Assembly (NCBI GenBank): GCA_963813995.1
Contig: CAWFAZ010000037.1
Coordinates: 7,430 to 71,429, forward strand
Reading direction: 5' to 3'
DNA length: 64,000 nt
Origin: an uncultured Verrucomicrobiae bacterium
GTDB taxonomy: Bacteria > Verrucomicrobiota > Verrucomicrobiia > Limisphaerales > Palsa-1400
This document shows positions 1-9,470 of this stretch, one piece after another. A model generated the notes under the pieces. The model saw only the letters and a list, made by a program, of their open reading frames with translations. It did not search any database and was not told the DNA's origin. Position numbers and translations under genes: made by a program. Each line of letters starts with the position of its first letter. The first letter of the stretch is position 1.

Positions 1-2472
1 AAGGAAATCGCCGCCGCCCGCCTGCATCCAAACGCCCCTGAAATCATTTATTTGACTGACGAATTACCATCGGAAGAGATGCCCCGGCTTTACGCCGCCT
101 GCCAATGCCTCGTCCACCCCTATCGCGGCGAAGGCTTCGGTCTGCCCGTGCTTGAAGCGATGGCTTGCGGGTTGCCTGTCGTCGTCACCGGCGGCGGCGC
201 CACCGATGATTTTGCCACGGACGAATATGCCTGCCGCCTGCCTGCCTTGCGCAAGCAAATCGGCGATCAAATCGGAGGCTTGAAACTGCATCGCGCCGGC
301 TGGTGGCTGGAACCCGTCCCAAGTGCCCTGGCCGGGCGCCTTCGCTGGATCGTTGCACATCCCGATGAAGCGCGAACTCTGGGGCGCGCCGCCAGCGATT
401 ATGTCCGCCGCGAGTGGACCTGGGAACACGCCGCGCGCATCGCCAGCCAGCGCTTGCAGGATTTGGCCGTCCGCAAAAAGGCCGAAGTTGCGTCGGTGGC
501 AGCCCCCCGCGCCCGCAAAGCCAAACCAATCATCCTTCCCGCCACCGCCAGGATCGGCGATTTGGCTCCCGCACGCCAATTATTGGCAAAGAAAGACCTT
601 GCGGCCGCGTGGAATGCGACGACTGCCGCCATTCAATCCCGTCCTTTTCACCCCGATGGATATTTGCTCCTGGCCGAAATCGCCAAAGCCGCCGGCGACG
701 GCCCCACCGCGCGCCGGTGCGCAGAGCGCGCCAAAAATCTCGCGCCCGAATGGAATGCGCCCAGGCAATTCCTTAAAGGCAATCTGAACGGCTCTGGCAA
801 AGCTTTGCCGCCGACAACGCTGAATTTCGACCTCGATCCCAATCGCCTTCTCCGCCTTTCCGTCTGCCTTATTGTCAAAAATGAGGAAGATTTCCTCGTC
901 CGCTGCCTTGCCTCCGTGCGCGATGTCGCCTCTCAAATCATAGTCGTGGACACCGGTTCCACCGACCGCACCATTGAAATCGCCAAAGAACACGGCGCAG
1001 AGGTCCATCACTTCGTCTGGTGCGACGATTTCGGCGCTGCGCGGAATGCCGCCCTGGAGCACGCCACCGGCGACTGGGTGCTTATGCTCGACGCTGACGA
1101 GGAATTGCTTCCCGAGCATAAGGAAACCCTCCGCCGCGAAACGCAGGACGCCTCCATTCTCGGCTATCGTCTTCCGATAATTGACAAAGGCCGCGAGCGG
1201 GAGGGTTGCAGCTACGTGCCGCGCCTGTTCCGCAACGCACCGGGTTTGTTTTTCGTCGGTCGCGTTCACGAACAGGTCTTCAGCAGCATCCAGGTGCGTT
1301 GCCAGCAATGGGGACTGAAAAATATTCCCGGCCAAAGCGCCCTGCTCCACCACGGCTACACCACCGAAATGGTTTCCAACCGCAACAAAATCGAGCGGAA
1401 CCTGCGCCTGCTCGAACTCGCCATCGAAGAATTGCCCGGCGAACCCAATCTGGTGATGAACCTCGGATTGGAATTGATCCGCTCCGGCCAATTGGAAGCC
1501 GGCCTGGAACAATATCGCGAAGCATTGCGTCTCATGTCCGCTTTGCCTTCGAGGCAGGTTGTGCCCGAATTGCGCGAATCCCTGCTCACGCAACTGACCA
1601 CCCATCTGCTCGGCGCCAGGCGCTTCGGCGAAATCGTGGCACTTTGGCGGCAGCCCTTCCCTCAATCCTCCGGGCTGACCGCCTCCCAACATTTCATGCT
1701 CGGACTGGCCTGGATGGAACTCAAACAGCCCGCCGCCGCCGCGGAGCAAATGCGCCAATGCCTGGCAAAACGCCGGCAGCCCGCGCTCTCGCCCATTAAC
1801 AAGGACATTCTCAAGGCCGGCCCCCATCATTGTTTGGCGCTCTCCCTGGCTGAACTTGGACAGCAGGCCGGGGCGGAACAATCCTTCCGCGATGCGCTGG
1901 GCGAAGACGCCAAATCGCGCCCCGTGCGATTCGACTTTGCAAAATTCCAGTTTCAACAGGGCCGGTCGCTTGAGGCTCTGAAGCTGGCGAACGAACTGGT
2001 TGCCGAAAGCTGCCTGGATATTCAGGCCTGGCTGTTGGGCGGCCACATCGCCCTGAGCCAGCCGGAATTTATTGAGTTCGCCCAAAACTGGACTGGCGAA
2101 GCCATTAAACATTTTCCCGAAGATTCCGCCATCCTCTTGCAACGCGCCGAGGCGCTTACGCTGAATCAGCAGGTGGCATTGGCCCTTCCTCTATGGACCC
2201 GGGCCCATTTTCCCAACTCCGCGCGACACCTGGCGGCTCTCACCCTTTGCGAAGTGCTCGCGGGCGAATGCCGGCGGCATTTCACGCCACAAACCGAAAA
2301 ATTAGTCAGCCAGGAATTCCTGAAATGGTATCGGCATTTGATAAAATACAAGGCCCACTCCCTCGTCAATCAGGTCAACGAAAGGCTGGATGATCTTCAG
2401 GCCGTCCTGCCTGCGGCTGCGGAGGTGTTGGGCGCTGCCATGAAACAAGCCGAAGCGGCGATGGCCGTCTGA
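1..2472 (+). CDS. Multidomain glycosyltransferase, 5' end outside window (GT1-type C-lobe / TPR / GT2 domain / TPR-like tail)
   Basis: Frame 1 is open from base 1 (KEIAAARLHPNAPEIIYLTDELPSEE...), so the TTG at 52 is not the true start. EGFGLPVLEAMACGLPVV is the GT-B (GT1) C-terminal signature. LSVCLIVKNEEDFLVRCL...VVDTGSTDRT...LMLDADEEL is a GT-A (GT2) fold with an acidic DxD-type motif. A/L-rich TPR-like helices flank the GT2 domain. Confidence 0.85.
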   Translation, partial: KEIAAARLHPNAPEIIYLTDELPSEEMPRLYAACQCLVHPYRGEGFGLPVLEAMACGLPVVVTGGGATDDFATDEYACRLPALRKQIGDQIGGLKLHRAGWWLEPVPSALAGRLRWIVAHPDEARTLGRAASDYVRREWTWEHAARIASQRLQDLAVRKKAEVASVAAPRARKAKPIILPATARIGDLAPARQLLAKKDLAAAWNATTAAIQSRPFHPDGYLLLAEIAKAAGDGPTARRCAERAKNLAPEWNAPRQFLKGNLNGSGKALPPTTLNFDLDPNRLLRLSVCLIVKNEEDFLVRCLASVRDVASQIIVVDTGSTDRTIEIAKEHGAEVHHFVWCDDFGAARNAALEHATGDWVLMLDADEELLPEHKETLRRETQDASILGYRLPIIDKGREREGCSYVPRLFRNAPGLFFVGRVHEQVFSSIQVRCQQWGLKNIPGQSALLHHGYTTEMVSNRNKIERNLRLLELAIEELPGEPNLVMNLGLELIRSGQLEAGLEQYREALRLMSALPSRQVVPELRESLLTQLTTHLLGARRFGEIVALWRQPFPQSSGLTASQHFMLGLAWMELKQPAAAAEQMRQCLAKRRQPALSPINKDILKAGPHHCLALSLAELGQQAGAEQSFRDALGEDAKSRPVRFDFAKFQFQQGRSLEALKLANELVAESCLDIQAWLLGGHIALSQPEFIEFAQNWTGEAIKHFPEDSAILLQRAEALTLNQQVALALPLWTRAHFPNSARHLAALTLCEVLAGECRRHFTPQTEKLVSQEFLKWYRHLIKYKAHSLVNQVNERLDDLQAVLPAAAEVLGAAMKQAEAAMAV

Positions 2473-2491
2473 TCTCGACAAGGAAAGAGGC

Positions 2492-3343
2492 TCAAGCCGC
2501 AACCATGAGTTGAGGGAGTGTCTGCATTGCGCCTTGAATGCCCGAGACGATTTGTTCCACTTTTTCCACGTCCATGCCCAGCACTGCTGCGGCCGTGTTT
2601 TTGGCCTGAATGGCCTGGGCTTCCCATCCTGGAGCGGTGCCGCAAAGGCGGGCGGCGCAATTGGCGAGATAAACCACGGCTGATAACTGAATGGCGGGCT
2701 TGAGTACAGGAGAATGATGGTTGGCCACAGCTTCGATGATTGGTTCCGGCAATGACCACCGTTTCAGCAAACACGCCCCTACTTCGCAGTGGTCGGCTCC
2801 CAATACGGCCTTTTCCGCCTCGATCCGCGAGAGTGACTGCCCGGTCATTTTAGTCCGAATGTCGGCCCGGGCCTTTGGAGTCAACACCTTGCTGATGACC
2901 GACTTGCCGATGTCATGCAGCAAGCCGGCGGTGAAGGCGGTGGGCGGGAGGAAATCACCGTAGGATTCAACCTCGGCCAGGTATTCGGCGCCGAGAGCCG
3001 TGCTCAGGGAGTGGGTCCAAAGACCGTTGGCTTCAGTGTCGTAACCGGGCGCCGCAGCTCCCAAAGAGCTGCCAAAACCGACGGCGCAGACCATGCGAAA
3101 AATCACGTTGTCGCCGAGGAGCAACAGGGCTTGATCAATGGAAACGACCGGCTCGCTCACGCCATAATCGGCCGAGTTGCAGACCCGCAACAGCTTGGCG
3201 GTGAGCACATTGTCGCAGCGCACCGTTTCGACGAGTTCATCCCGATGCAAGTCCGGCTGATTGAGTTGAACGGCCAGCTTGCGGGCCGTTTCCGACACGA
3301 CTGGCAGGTCTTTTACCCGGGCTATTATTTCATCGGCCGTCAT
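2492..3343 (-). CDS. HDOD domain-containing signalling protein
   Basis: 283-aa ORF. LPVVSETARKLAVQL..VRCDNVLTAKLLRVCNSADYG..IDQALLLLG and later GLLHDIGK fit the HDOD (HD-related output domain) pattern. Convergent with the upstream glycosyltransferase gene. Confidence 0.85.
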   Translation of the reverse strand: MTADEIIARVKDLPVVSETARKLAVQLNQPDLHRDELVETVRCDNVLTAKLLRVCNSADYGVSEPVVSIDQALLLLGDNVIFRMVCAVGFGSSLGAAAPGYDTEANGLWTHSLSTALGAEYLAEVESYGDFLPPTAFTAGLLHDIGKSVISKVLTPKARADIRTKMTGQSLSRIEAEKAVLGADHCEVGACLLKRWSLPEPIIEAVANHHSPVLKPAIQLSAVVYLANCAARLCGTAPGWEAQAIQAKNTAAAVLGMDVEKVEQIVSGIQGAMQTLPQLMVAA

Positions 3344-3673
3344 AACAATCCGAGCGTCAATTCCTTTTGATGAGCGCCCAAGTTGAGGGGGATGTGTTGA
3401 GAGCCTTTGGCCGAAAGCTTATGCTTCGCCAGGCAGGACGGCAGATTGGATTTCTATGCGACATTGCAAGTTCCGCTCACCTATCGGCAGGAGCAGTTAA
3501 AACTTAAGCCTTTTCATGGGAAAAGCTTTAGGGTGAATGGGTGACACCGGTTTGAAACCACATTTGTGTCAATAGTCGTGACACCTGCGCGAACATGAGG
3601 TAAATAAAATGCATGAATGCCAATTTCCCACGGTGACCCTTTCATGCCGCCGAAAGGGAGACCTTAAGCCGCC

Positions 3674-5014
3674 ATGAGCTTGTTCATCATATTCCTGGGC
3701 TTGGCCGGTTTTTGCCTGGCGATGTGGGATTTCTGCCAACGGCTTCCTTCCGGGCAAGCCCCCCAATTGCGCCGCTGGTTCAGAAACTGGGCGGTCAAGG
3801 GTCTCCTCACGCCCTTCCTGCTCTGGATTATCTTCAACTCCGCCGTTTGGGACTGGCTTCCGCCTCTGATGCCGGGTGTGGAATTTGCCAAAAAAAATGG
3901 GGAATGGCTTGAAATGATGCAGCAGGTCGCGACGCTCGGCTTGTTTGTGGTCGGCACATACTGGGCGGCGGTTACCGTGGCTTGGTTGCTGGTGGTCTTG
4001 TCGCGACAAGCCGAGGACCCGCGCCAGTTTCGTGGTTGTGTGTTAATCTGGTCGGCCATTTTGGGGCCGGTGGCGGCGCTCATCACAGGGTCATTCGGTT
4101 GGCGCTTCGCCGGTCTGGGCGCGACCCTTTGGCTCCTGCCCATCCTCCAGCAAGTTTTGGCGTTGCAGCCCGTGCAGAACGCGGCGCCCATTTATTCCCG
4201 CGCCATCGCCGCCATCCAGTTCGACAAGTACGAAGAGGCGGAGAAGGCCGTTATCGAGGAGTTGGAATCCTGCGAAAACGATTTTGAGGGCTGGATGCTG
4301 CTGGCGGAACTTTACGCCAACCATTTCAACGACCTGCCCGGCGCCCGGGAGATTCTCAGGGAAACTTGCGGCCATCCCGGCACGACGCCTTCGCAATTCG
4401 CTGTCGCCTGCCATCGCCTGGCCGACTGGCAACTCAAGCTGGGGCAGGACCCGGAGGCCGCGCGCGCTTCGCTGGAGGAGATTTGCCGCCGCCACCCCCG
4501 GTCGCACCTCGACCGCATGGCGCGGATGCGGATCGATCAACTTCCGGCCACCCGCGAGGAATGGATCGCGCGGCAAAGCGTCAAGAAGATTCGTTTGGCG
4601 ATCTTGCGCGCGGCGCCGCCTGAGAGCATGTCGCGCCAGGAAGCCGCCGTCCGCAGCCGGCAATGTATCGAGCGGTTGCAGGGCAATCCGGACGATGTCC
4701 CTGCGCGCGAAGAGTTGGCGCGCCTCTGGGCCGGGGAGTTGGGTCAAGTCGAAATGGGGGTCGAACAATTGGAATTGCTGCTGGCGATGCCCGGCACGGC
4801 CCCGGCCAAAGCCGCCGAGTGGCTGGCCCTGATGGCGTCGTGGCATCTCAAATTCCCGCCAAACCAGTCCGCCGCGCGGCGGGATTTGGAGAGATTGATC
4901 CGGCTTTATCCGCAAACCCCGCAAGCCTTCGCCGCGCAACGACGGCTGAAGTTGATGGAGATCGAATCCAAAATGCGCCAGGCCAGCGCCGCCCGCCAGG
5001 AGCGGCAGGATTAA
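3674..5014 (+). CDS. Integral membrane protein with C-terminal TPR-like helical region (function unknown)
   Basis: 446-aa ORF with an ATG start. About 4-5 hydrophobic helices in the first 170 aa (FIIFLGLAGFCLAMW, LLTPFLLWIIFNSAVW, LGLFVVGTYWAAVTVAWLLVVL). The remainder is helical-repeat-like (AIQFDKYEEAEKAVIEELE..GWMLLAELYANHF). No family recognised. Confidence 0.6.
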   Translation: MSLFIIFLGLAGFCLAMWDFCQRLPSGQAPQLRRWFRNWAVKGLLTPFLLWIIFNSAVWDWLPPLMPGVEFAKKNGEWLEMMQQVATLGLFVVGTYWAAVTVAWLLVVLSRQAEDPRQFRGCVLIWSAILGPVAALITGSFGWRFAGLGATLWLLPILQQVLALQPVQNAAPIYSRAIAAIQFDKYEEAEKAVIEELESCENDFEGWMLLAELYANHFNDLPGAREILRETCGHPGTTPSQFAVACHRLADWQLKLGQDPEAARASLEEICRRHPRSHLDRMARMRIDQLPATREEWIARQSVKKIRLAILRAAPPESMSRQEAAVRSRQCIERLQGNPDDVPAREELARLWAGELGQVEMGVEQLELLLAMPGTAPAKAAEWLALMASWHLKFPPNQSAARRDLERLIRLYPQTPQAFAAQRRLKLMEIESKMRQASAARQERQD

Positions 5015-5062
5015 GTCAAAGGATTTGACAAAGAGCTTGACCCTTTCACGAAGGCTTGTCTG

Positions 5063-6319
5063 TTGGGTTGCTCTATGTTAGTCATTGGCGGAGGTACCAT
5101 TATGCTTCGGCGTTTTCCCAAATGGGTATGCAATTGGCGAATCATTCGCCGCTGTCTGTATGGTTTTGCCTGCTTCGCCTCGCTGATCCTTCTTTTCTAC
5201 GCCGAAGAAGATTGGCGCGGCAAACGTGATTGGGAACAGTACAAAAGTACATGGGAAGCGAAAGGCGAGCGATTTAATTTTGCCAGCTTTGTGCCGCCAG
5301 CCGTGCCGGACGACCAAAATTTCGCGCTGACCCCGATTGTCGCCAGTACTTACAGCGAGTTTTTGGACCCGCACGGACACCGCATCAATCCGCCCAACAC
5401 CAATGTCGTGAATCAGTTGGACTTCAGTTTGGATATCCCCGATGAAGGGAATTCATTCTGCAACCACATTTTTCAAGGCAACTGGCAACTTGGAATAAAG
5501 GCCGACCTGAAGTTTTTCCAAACCTACTATCGCGCTCCGATCAATACAAACAGGCATCCACGCTATTGGGTCTATGGCGGTTGGGTTGATGCAAACCTGC
5601 CTCCAAATGCGACAAACGGTTTCCCAACAACCCCGCAACCCCAGTCGCCCGCTGCTGACGTGTTGCTCGCGTTGAGCAAAGAAGCTGAAGCGATTGAGGA
5701 GTTGCGCCAAGCTGCCCGCCTTCCATATTCACGGTTTCCACTCAATTACTACGCAAATCCATTTATCGCAAGCCAGTCAGACTTGTCACCGTTGTTTCAA
5801 TGCGCGCAGGTGTTGCGACTTCGTGCTATTGCCGAATTGGAAAATGAGCAAAATGAAAGGGCAGCGGATGATGTAAAACTCATTTTGTATATGGCGAATG
5901 CTGTTCGCGACCAATCATTTTTGACATCGCATGTGATTTCGTTTATAGACTTCGCCCTCCAACCGCTCTGGGAAGGCTTGGTTAACCGCAAATGGTCAGA
6001 TGCCCAACTCGCTGTTTTCGAGCAAGAACTGGCTAAATTCGATATTCTGTCCGACTACCAATTTGCGGTCCGCAGCAAACGTGCGTGGGCTATAAACGAC
6101 CAGCCATTGCATTATCGCCGCACGGACGACGGTCAATTCCTGCTTTACTCCGTCGGGTGGAACGGAACGGATGACGGCGGTATTGTTGTCCGCCAGAAAC
6201 ACCCGTTGGATGCCTGGCTTGACATGGAAAAGGGCGATTGGGTCTGGCCGTGCTCCTCGGGTGCTGTTCCGTCGTCCCTTCCTCACCGCCCCCGAACACA
6301 TCCTAAAGCTCGTCAATGA
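5063..6319 (+). CDS. Hypothetical N-terminally membrane-anchored protein
   Basis: One TM helix (CLYGFACFASLILLFYA) followed by a soluble domain ending ..YSVGWNGTDDGG..GDWVW. The stop overlaps the next gene's ATG (ATGA). Start is uncertain: TTG 5063, or ATG at 5075 or 5102. Confidence 0.6.
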   Translation: MGCSMLVIGGGTIMLRRFPKWVCNWRIIRRCLYGFACFASLILLFYAEEDWRGKRDWEQYKSTWEAKGERFNFASFVPPAVPDDQNFALTPIVASTYSEFLDPHGHRINPPNTNVVNQLDFSLDIPDEGNSFCNHIFQGNWQLGIKADLKFFQTYYRAPINTNRHPRYWVYGGWVDANLPPNATNGFPTTPQPQSPAADVLLALSKEAEAIEELRQAARLPYSRFPLNYYANPFIASQSDLSPLFQCAQVLRLRAIAELENEQNERAADDVKLILYMANAVRDQSFLTSHVISFIDFALQPLWEGLVNRKWSDAQLAVFEQELAKFDILSDYQFAVRSKRAWAINDQPLHYRRTDDGQFLLYSVGWNGTDDGGIVVRQKHPLDAWLDMEKGDWVWPCSSGAVPSSLPHRPRTHPKARQ

Positions 6320-7290
6320 CCTACCCGAACAACACGGCGAATCAAAGGATTCTGGTGATTCGGGGGGGCGCTTTGGGCGATTTCATCTTGACTCTTCCGG
6401 TTTTGGCCGCCCTTCGCCTTCGTTTTCCGCAACATCGGCTGGAAATCCTCGGCTATCCGTCCGTGGCCTCATTGGCTGTGGCCGCCGGTTTGGCGGATGC
6501 CGTTTCCGCTCTTGAATCGCCCCGCTTCACCGGCTTTTTTGTCCCAAACGGGGCTTGGTCCGCCGAAGTTGCCGCCTGGTTCTCAGGGTTCGACTGGATC
6601 GTTTCCTATCTTTACGACCCGGGGGATATATTCCGTTCCAACGTGGCCCGATGTTCTTCCGCGCCGTTCATCGCCGGACCGCATCGGGCCGATGAAACGC
6701 TGGCGGTTCACGCCGCCGAATTGTTGCTCCGGCCTTTGCAAGCACTCGGCATTCGCGGGGCTGATCCGCGTCCCCGCCTCCCTTTGCCCGCCACGCTGTC
6801 CGCGCCGCCGCGCTTCGCGCTCCATCCCGGCAGCGGCAGTGAACGGAAAAACTGGCCGGAAGCCAAATGGGCGGAACTGCTCCAGCTTTTGGCCGGCCAA
6901 TCCGCCTGCGACTTCCTGCTCATCGGCGGCGAAGCAGAAGGGGACCGTTGCGCCCGCCTTGCGGCCGCTTTGCCGGCGGGCCGCGCGCACATGGCCCGCA
7001 ATTTGCCGTTGATTGAACTGGCCCGGCGGATGCAAGCCTGTTCGGCGTTCATCGGACACGACTCCGGCATCACGCATTTGGCGGCGGCGCTGGATTTGCC
7101 GGGATTGGTTCTCTGGGGGGAAACAGTCTTGACAACCTGGCGTCCGCAATCCGCGCGCATGAAAATCCTGCGCGATCCGGCCGGCCTGGAAGCGTTGCCC
7201 GTGGCCGCGGTTTGGGATGCTTTTCGCTCTTTTGGGTGGCGGTTTCCGGCTCTTAATCCTAATCTTAATCCGAATGAAGATCAGGATTAG
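6316..7290 (+). CDS. Glycosyltransferase family 9 (heptosyltransferase-like)
   Basis: ILVIRGGALGDFILTLPVLAALRLRFPQHRLEILGYP at the N-terminus and IGHDSGITHLAAALDLPGLVLWG near the C-terminus are the two classic GT9 motifs. The last 12 codons (LNPNLNPNEDQD) lie inside a palindromic repeat. Confidence 0.85.
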   Translation: MTYPNNTANQRILVIRGGALGDFILTLPVLAALRLRFPQHRLEILGYPSVASLAVAAGLADAVSALESPRFTGFFVPNGAWSAEVAAWFSGFDWIVSYLYDPGDIFRSNVARCSSAPFIAGPHRADETLAVHAAELLLRPLQALGIRGADPRPRLPLPATLSAPPRFALHPGSGSERKNWPEAKWAELLQLLAGQSACDFLLIGGEAEGDRCARLAAALPAGRAHMARNLPLIELARRMQACSAFIGHDSGITHLAAALDLPGLVLWGETVLTTWRPQSARMKILRDPAGLEALPVAAVWDAFRSFGWRFPALNPNLNPNEDQD

Positions 7291-7303
7291 GATTAAGATT
7301 AGG
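7258..7303. repeat. AT-rich palindrome (perfect 14-bp stem) spanning the GT9 stop codon
   Basis: CCTAATCTTAATCC (7258-7271) pairs perfectly with GGATTAAGATTAGG (7290-7303), with an 18-nt loop. Both arms are built from tandem hexamers (TAATCC/TAATCT). The TAG stop at 7288-7290 sits at the edge of the 3' arm. Confidence 0.8.
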
Positions 7304-7326
7304 AACTCTGAAGTGAATGTGTCGCA

Positions 7327-8067
7327 ATGAAAACAGTCAAGAAAAGAACGTCGTCCAGGATCGGGGCCTTTTTCAATTCGCCCGAAGTCCACGCGCTCAA
7401 GCTGCAGCTCTGCGACATGGGCCGGCGCCTCTGGTCCCGCGCCTATGTCGATGGCAATGGCGGGAACATGGCCATTCGGGTCGGCGAAAATCTGGCCCTC
7501 TGCACGCCGACCCTCGTTTCCAAAGGCTTCATGAAGCCGGAAGACATGTGCCTGGTGGACCTCGAAGGCAACCAGCTTGCCGGCACGAAGAAGCGCACCA
7601 GCGAAATCTTGATGCACGTGCAGATCATGAAACGCCAGGCCCGCGCCGCGGCCACGGTCCATTGTCATCCGCCCCATGCCACTGCTTTTGCCGTGGCGGG
7701 CGTGGAGCCGCCGACCTGCATGCTCCCGGAAATCGAAGTTTTCATCGGCAAGGTTCCGATTGCGCCCTACCGCACGCCCGGCACCCCGGAAATGGGCAAA
7801 CTCGTCGCCGATCTGACCGATCATCACAACACCATTCTCATGGCCAATCACGGCGTTGTTTCCTGGAGCCACGTCAGCCTCGAGGATGCCTGCTTCAAAA
7901 TGGAAATCATCGAGGCCTATTGCCATACCATCGTGATCGCGGCCCAACTGGGCACTCCGTTGAAAACTTTTTCCAACTCCCAATTGCAGGACTTGCTCAA
8001 GATCAAGCAGACCCTCGGCATTCCCGATCCCCGCATCAGAATTGTCAAGTCGAAAATTAAGGAATAG
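7327..8067 (+). CDS. Class II aldolase/adducin-family protein
   Basis: 246-aa ORF. GNGGNMAIRV, TSEILMHVQI and VHCHPPHATAF (metal-binding His cluster) fit the fuculose-phosphate-aldolase-like class II aldolase fold. Confidence 0.85.
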   Translation: MKTVKKRTSSRIGAFFNSPEVHALKLQLCDMGRRLWSRAYVDGNGGNMAIRVGENLALCTPTLVSKGFMKPEDMCLVDLEGNQLAGTKKRTSEILMHVQIMKRQARAAATVHCHPPHATAFAVAGVEPPTCMLPEIEVFIGKVPIAPYRTPGTPEMGKLVADLTDHHNTILMANHGVVSWSHVSLEDACFKMEIIEAYCHTIVIAAQLGTPLKTFSNSQLQDLLKIKQTLGIPDPRIRIVKSKIKE

Positions 8068-8070
8068 AGA

Positions 8071-9149
8071 ATGTCTCCCGTAAAGTCTCTCGACACAAAA
8101 CTGGCCGAAGTCAGGGCGGACCCGTCCTCGCGCGCTTTCATCATCGCCGACGCCAAGGATGCGGACATGGCTTTTGGCGTGCGCGCTCCCGGACCGCGCG
8201 GCTATCTGGCGGCGCAAGGGGCGCAGCCGGCCAACTTCTCGCCCGAAGTCTGGAGCCGGGAAGAATTTGGCCACCGCAATTTGCCCGAGTTCCTGGATAT
8301 TATTCGCGAGGTGGTAAGGCAGGGGGTCATCGACATCATGCTCATGTCCGCCTCCGTCAACGAGCAACTGACCATCAAGGAAGGCTTGTTCCGCGATTCC
8401 CACGTCACCCCGGCGGCCCGGGCCAATGATCCCACCGATGTATGGGCCGTGCGCCACGGCTGTTACACCAAGGAACCGGTGGAACCGTTTCGTTCCGCTT
8501 CCATTGATCATATTCAATATGGCAAATTGGAATATGAACGCGGCGAAGGCGGAATCCCCGGGGCGGACCTCGGCCTCTATTCCGTCACCTTCATCAACGA
8601 ACTGGCGCACGACCGCAATACCCTGCTCGCCTTCAAGGGATTTCGCGAAGAGGCGGAACGGAAGAAATTCCGTTACTTTCTGGAAGTCTTCGATCCCAAC
8701 ACAGCCACCGGCATCGCCCCTGATAAAACAGGCGAGTTCATCAACGACATGATCATTCGCAGCCTGGCCGGGGTGGCCGGGGCAGGGCGTCCCCTCTTTT
8801 TGAAAATCGCCTATCACGGCCCCCGCTGCATGGAGGAACTGGCCCAATACGATCCCAACCTGGTGGTGGGAATCCTGGGCGGCGCCGCCGGCACGACCTA
8901 CGACGCCTTTAAATTGATTCACGACGCGCAAAAGCACGGCGCGCGCGTCGCCCTTTTGGCCGAAAAATCAACAATGCCGAGCACCAACTCGCCTTCATCG
9001 AAATGCTGCGCCTGATTACCGACGGCAAGATTGCCCCGGAAGAAGCCGTCCGCGCCTATCACGGCGCTTTGCAGGCCCGCAAGATCAAACCAAAACTGTC
9101 CCTGGAAAAGGACTTGGAATTGACAGATCAAACCAGGAAAGCCGGTTGA
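8071..9149 (+). pseudogene. Aldolase-like TIM-barrel protein (DhnA/LsrF-like?), reading frame broken by a 1-nt indel near 8954-8957
   Basis: Frame 1 reads ..GGAAGTTYDAFKLIHDAQKHGARVALLAEKSTMPS..* (stop 9015). Frame 3 is open from 8913 and reads GRKINNAEHQLAFIEMLRLITDGKIAPEEAVRAYHGALQARKIKPKLSLEKDLELTDQTRKAG* (stop 9147-9149). One extra T in the TTTT run would give ..GARVALFGRKINNAEHQ.., which has the typical GA.v..GR.i end of class I aldolase barrels. The functional family call is tentative. Confidence 0.6.
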
Positions 9150-9470
9150 CCCGCCCCAATCGCCGGTCAAACCGCCGACCGCAGCCGGGAAACACCCTTT
9201 CTTCTGTAAGGTGCTCATTGCAAGCGAATTGTATAAATTGTGCAGGGTGTTGCTGATGAAAGAGGTGCCCAAGAATTTGCAACTGGAATGTTTCAACTGC
9301 ATTGAAGTTGGCGGCTCACGCGATGCCGAAACAAAAACTGTCTCGAACGAAGTTGACGAAGTGCTTCGCTGGCTGACAAAGCTAATTCGCGCCCGACACT
9401 ACGAACACGACCCGGCCTTGCGAGCGCACGGATTGCGCTCCTTTGCGGCAAATAGAAACCGATTGGGGCG

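Noticed and set aside
580-2142. 520-aa minus-strand ORF
   Set aside because: It is antisense to the GT2/TPR glycosyltransferase, which has clear motifs. It has shadow-ORF composition.
6583-8937. 784-aa minus-strand ORF spanning three plus-strand genes
   Set aside because: It is antisense to the well-supported GT9, class II aldolase and aldolase-like genes. Its composition is R/G/A/P-rich and low-complexity with no motifs, typical of a high-GC shadow ORF.
8951-8959. Programmed -1 ribosomal frameshift at CCCTTTTGG
   Set aside because: The sequence is not a canonical X XXY YYZ slippery heptamer in the zero frame, and no obvious downstream stimulatory structure was seen. A homopolymer indel is more likely.
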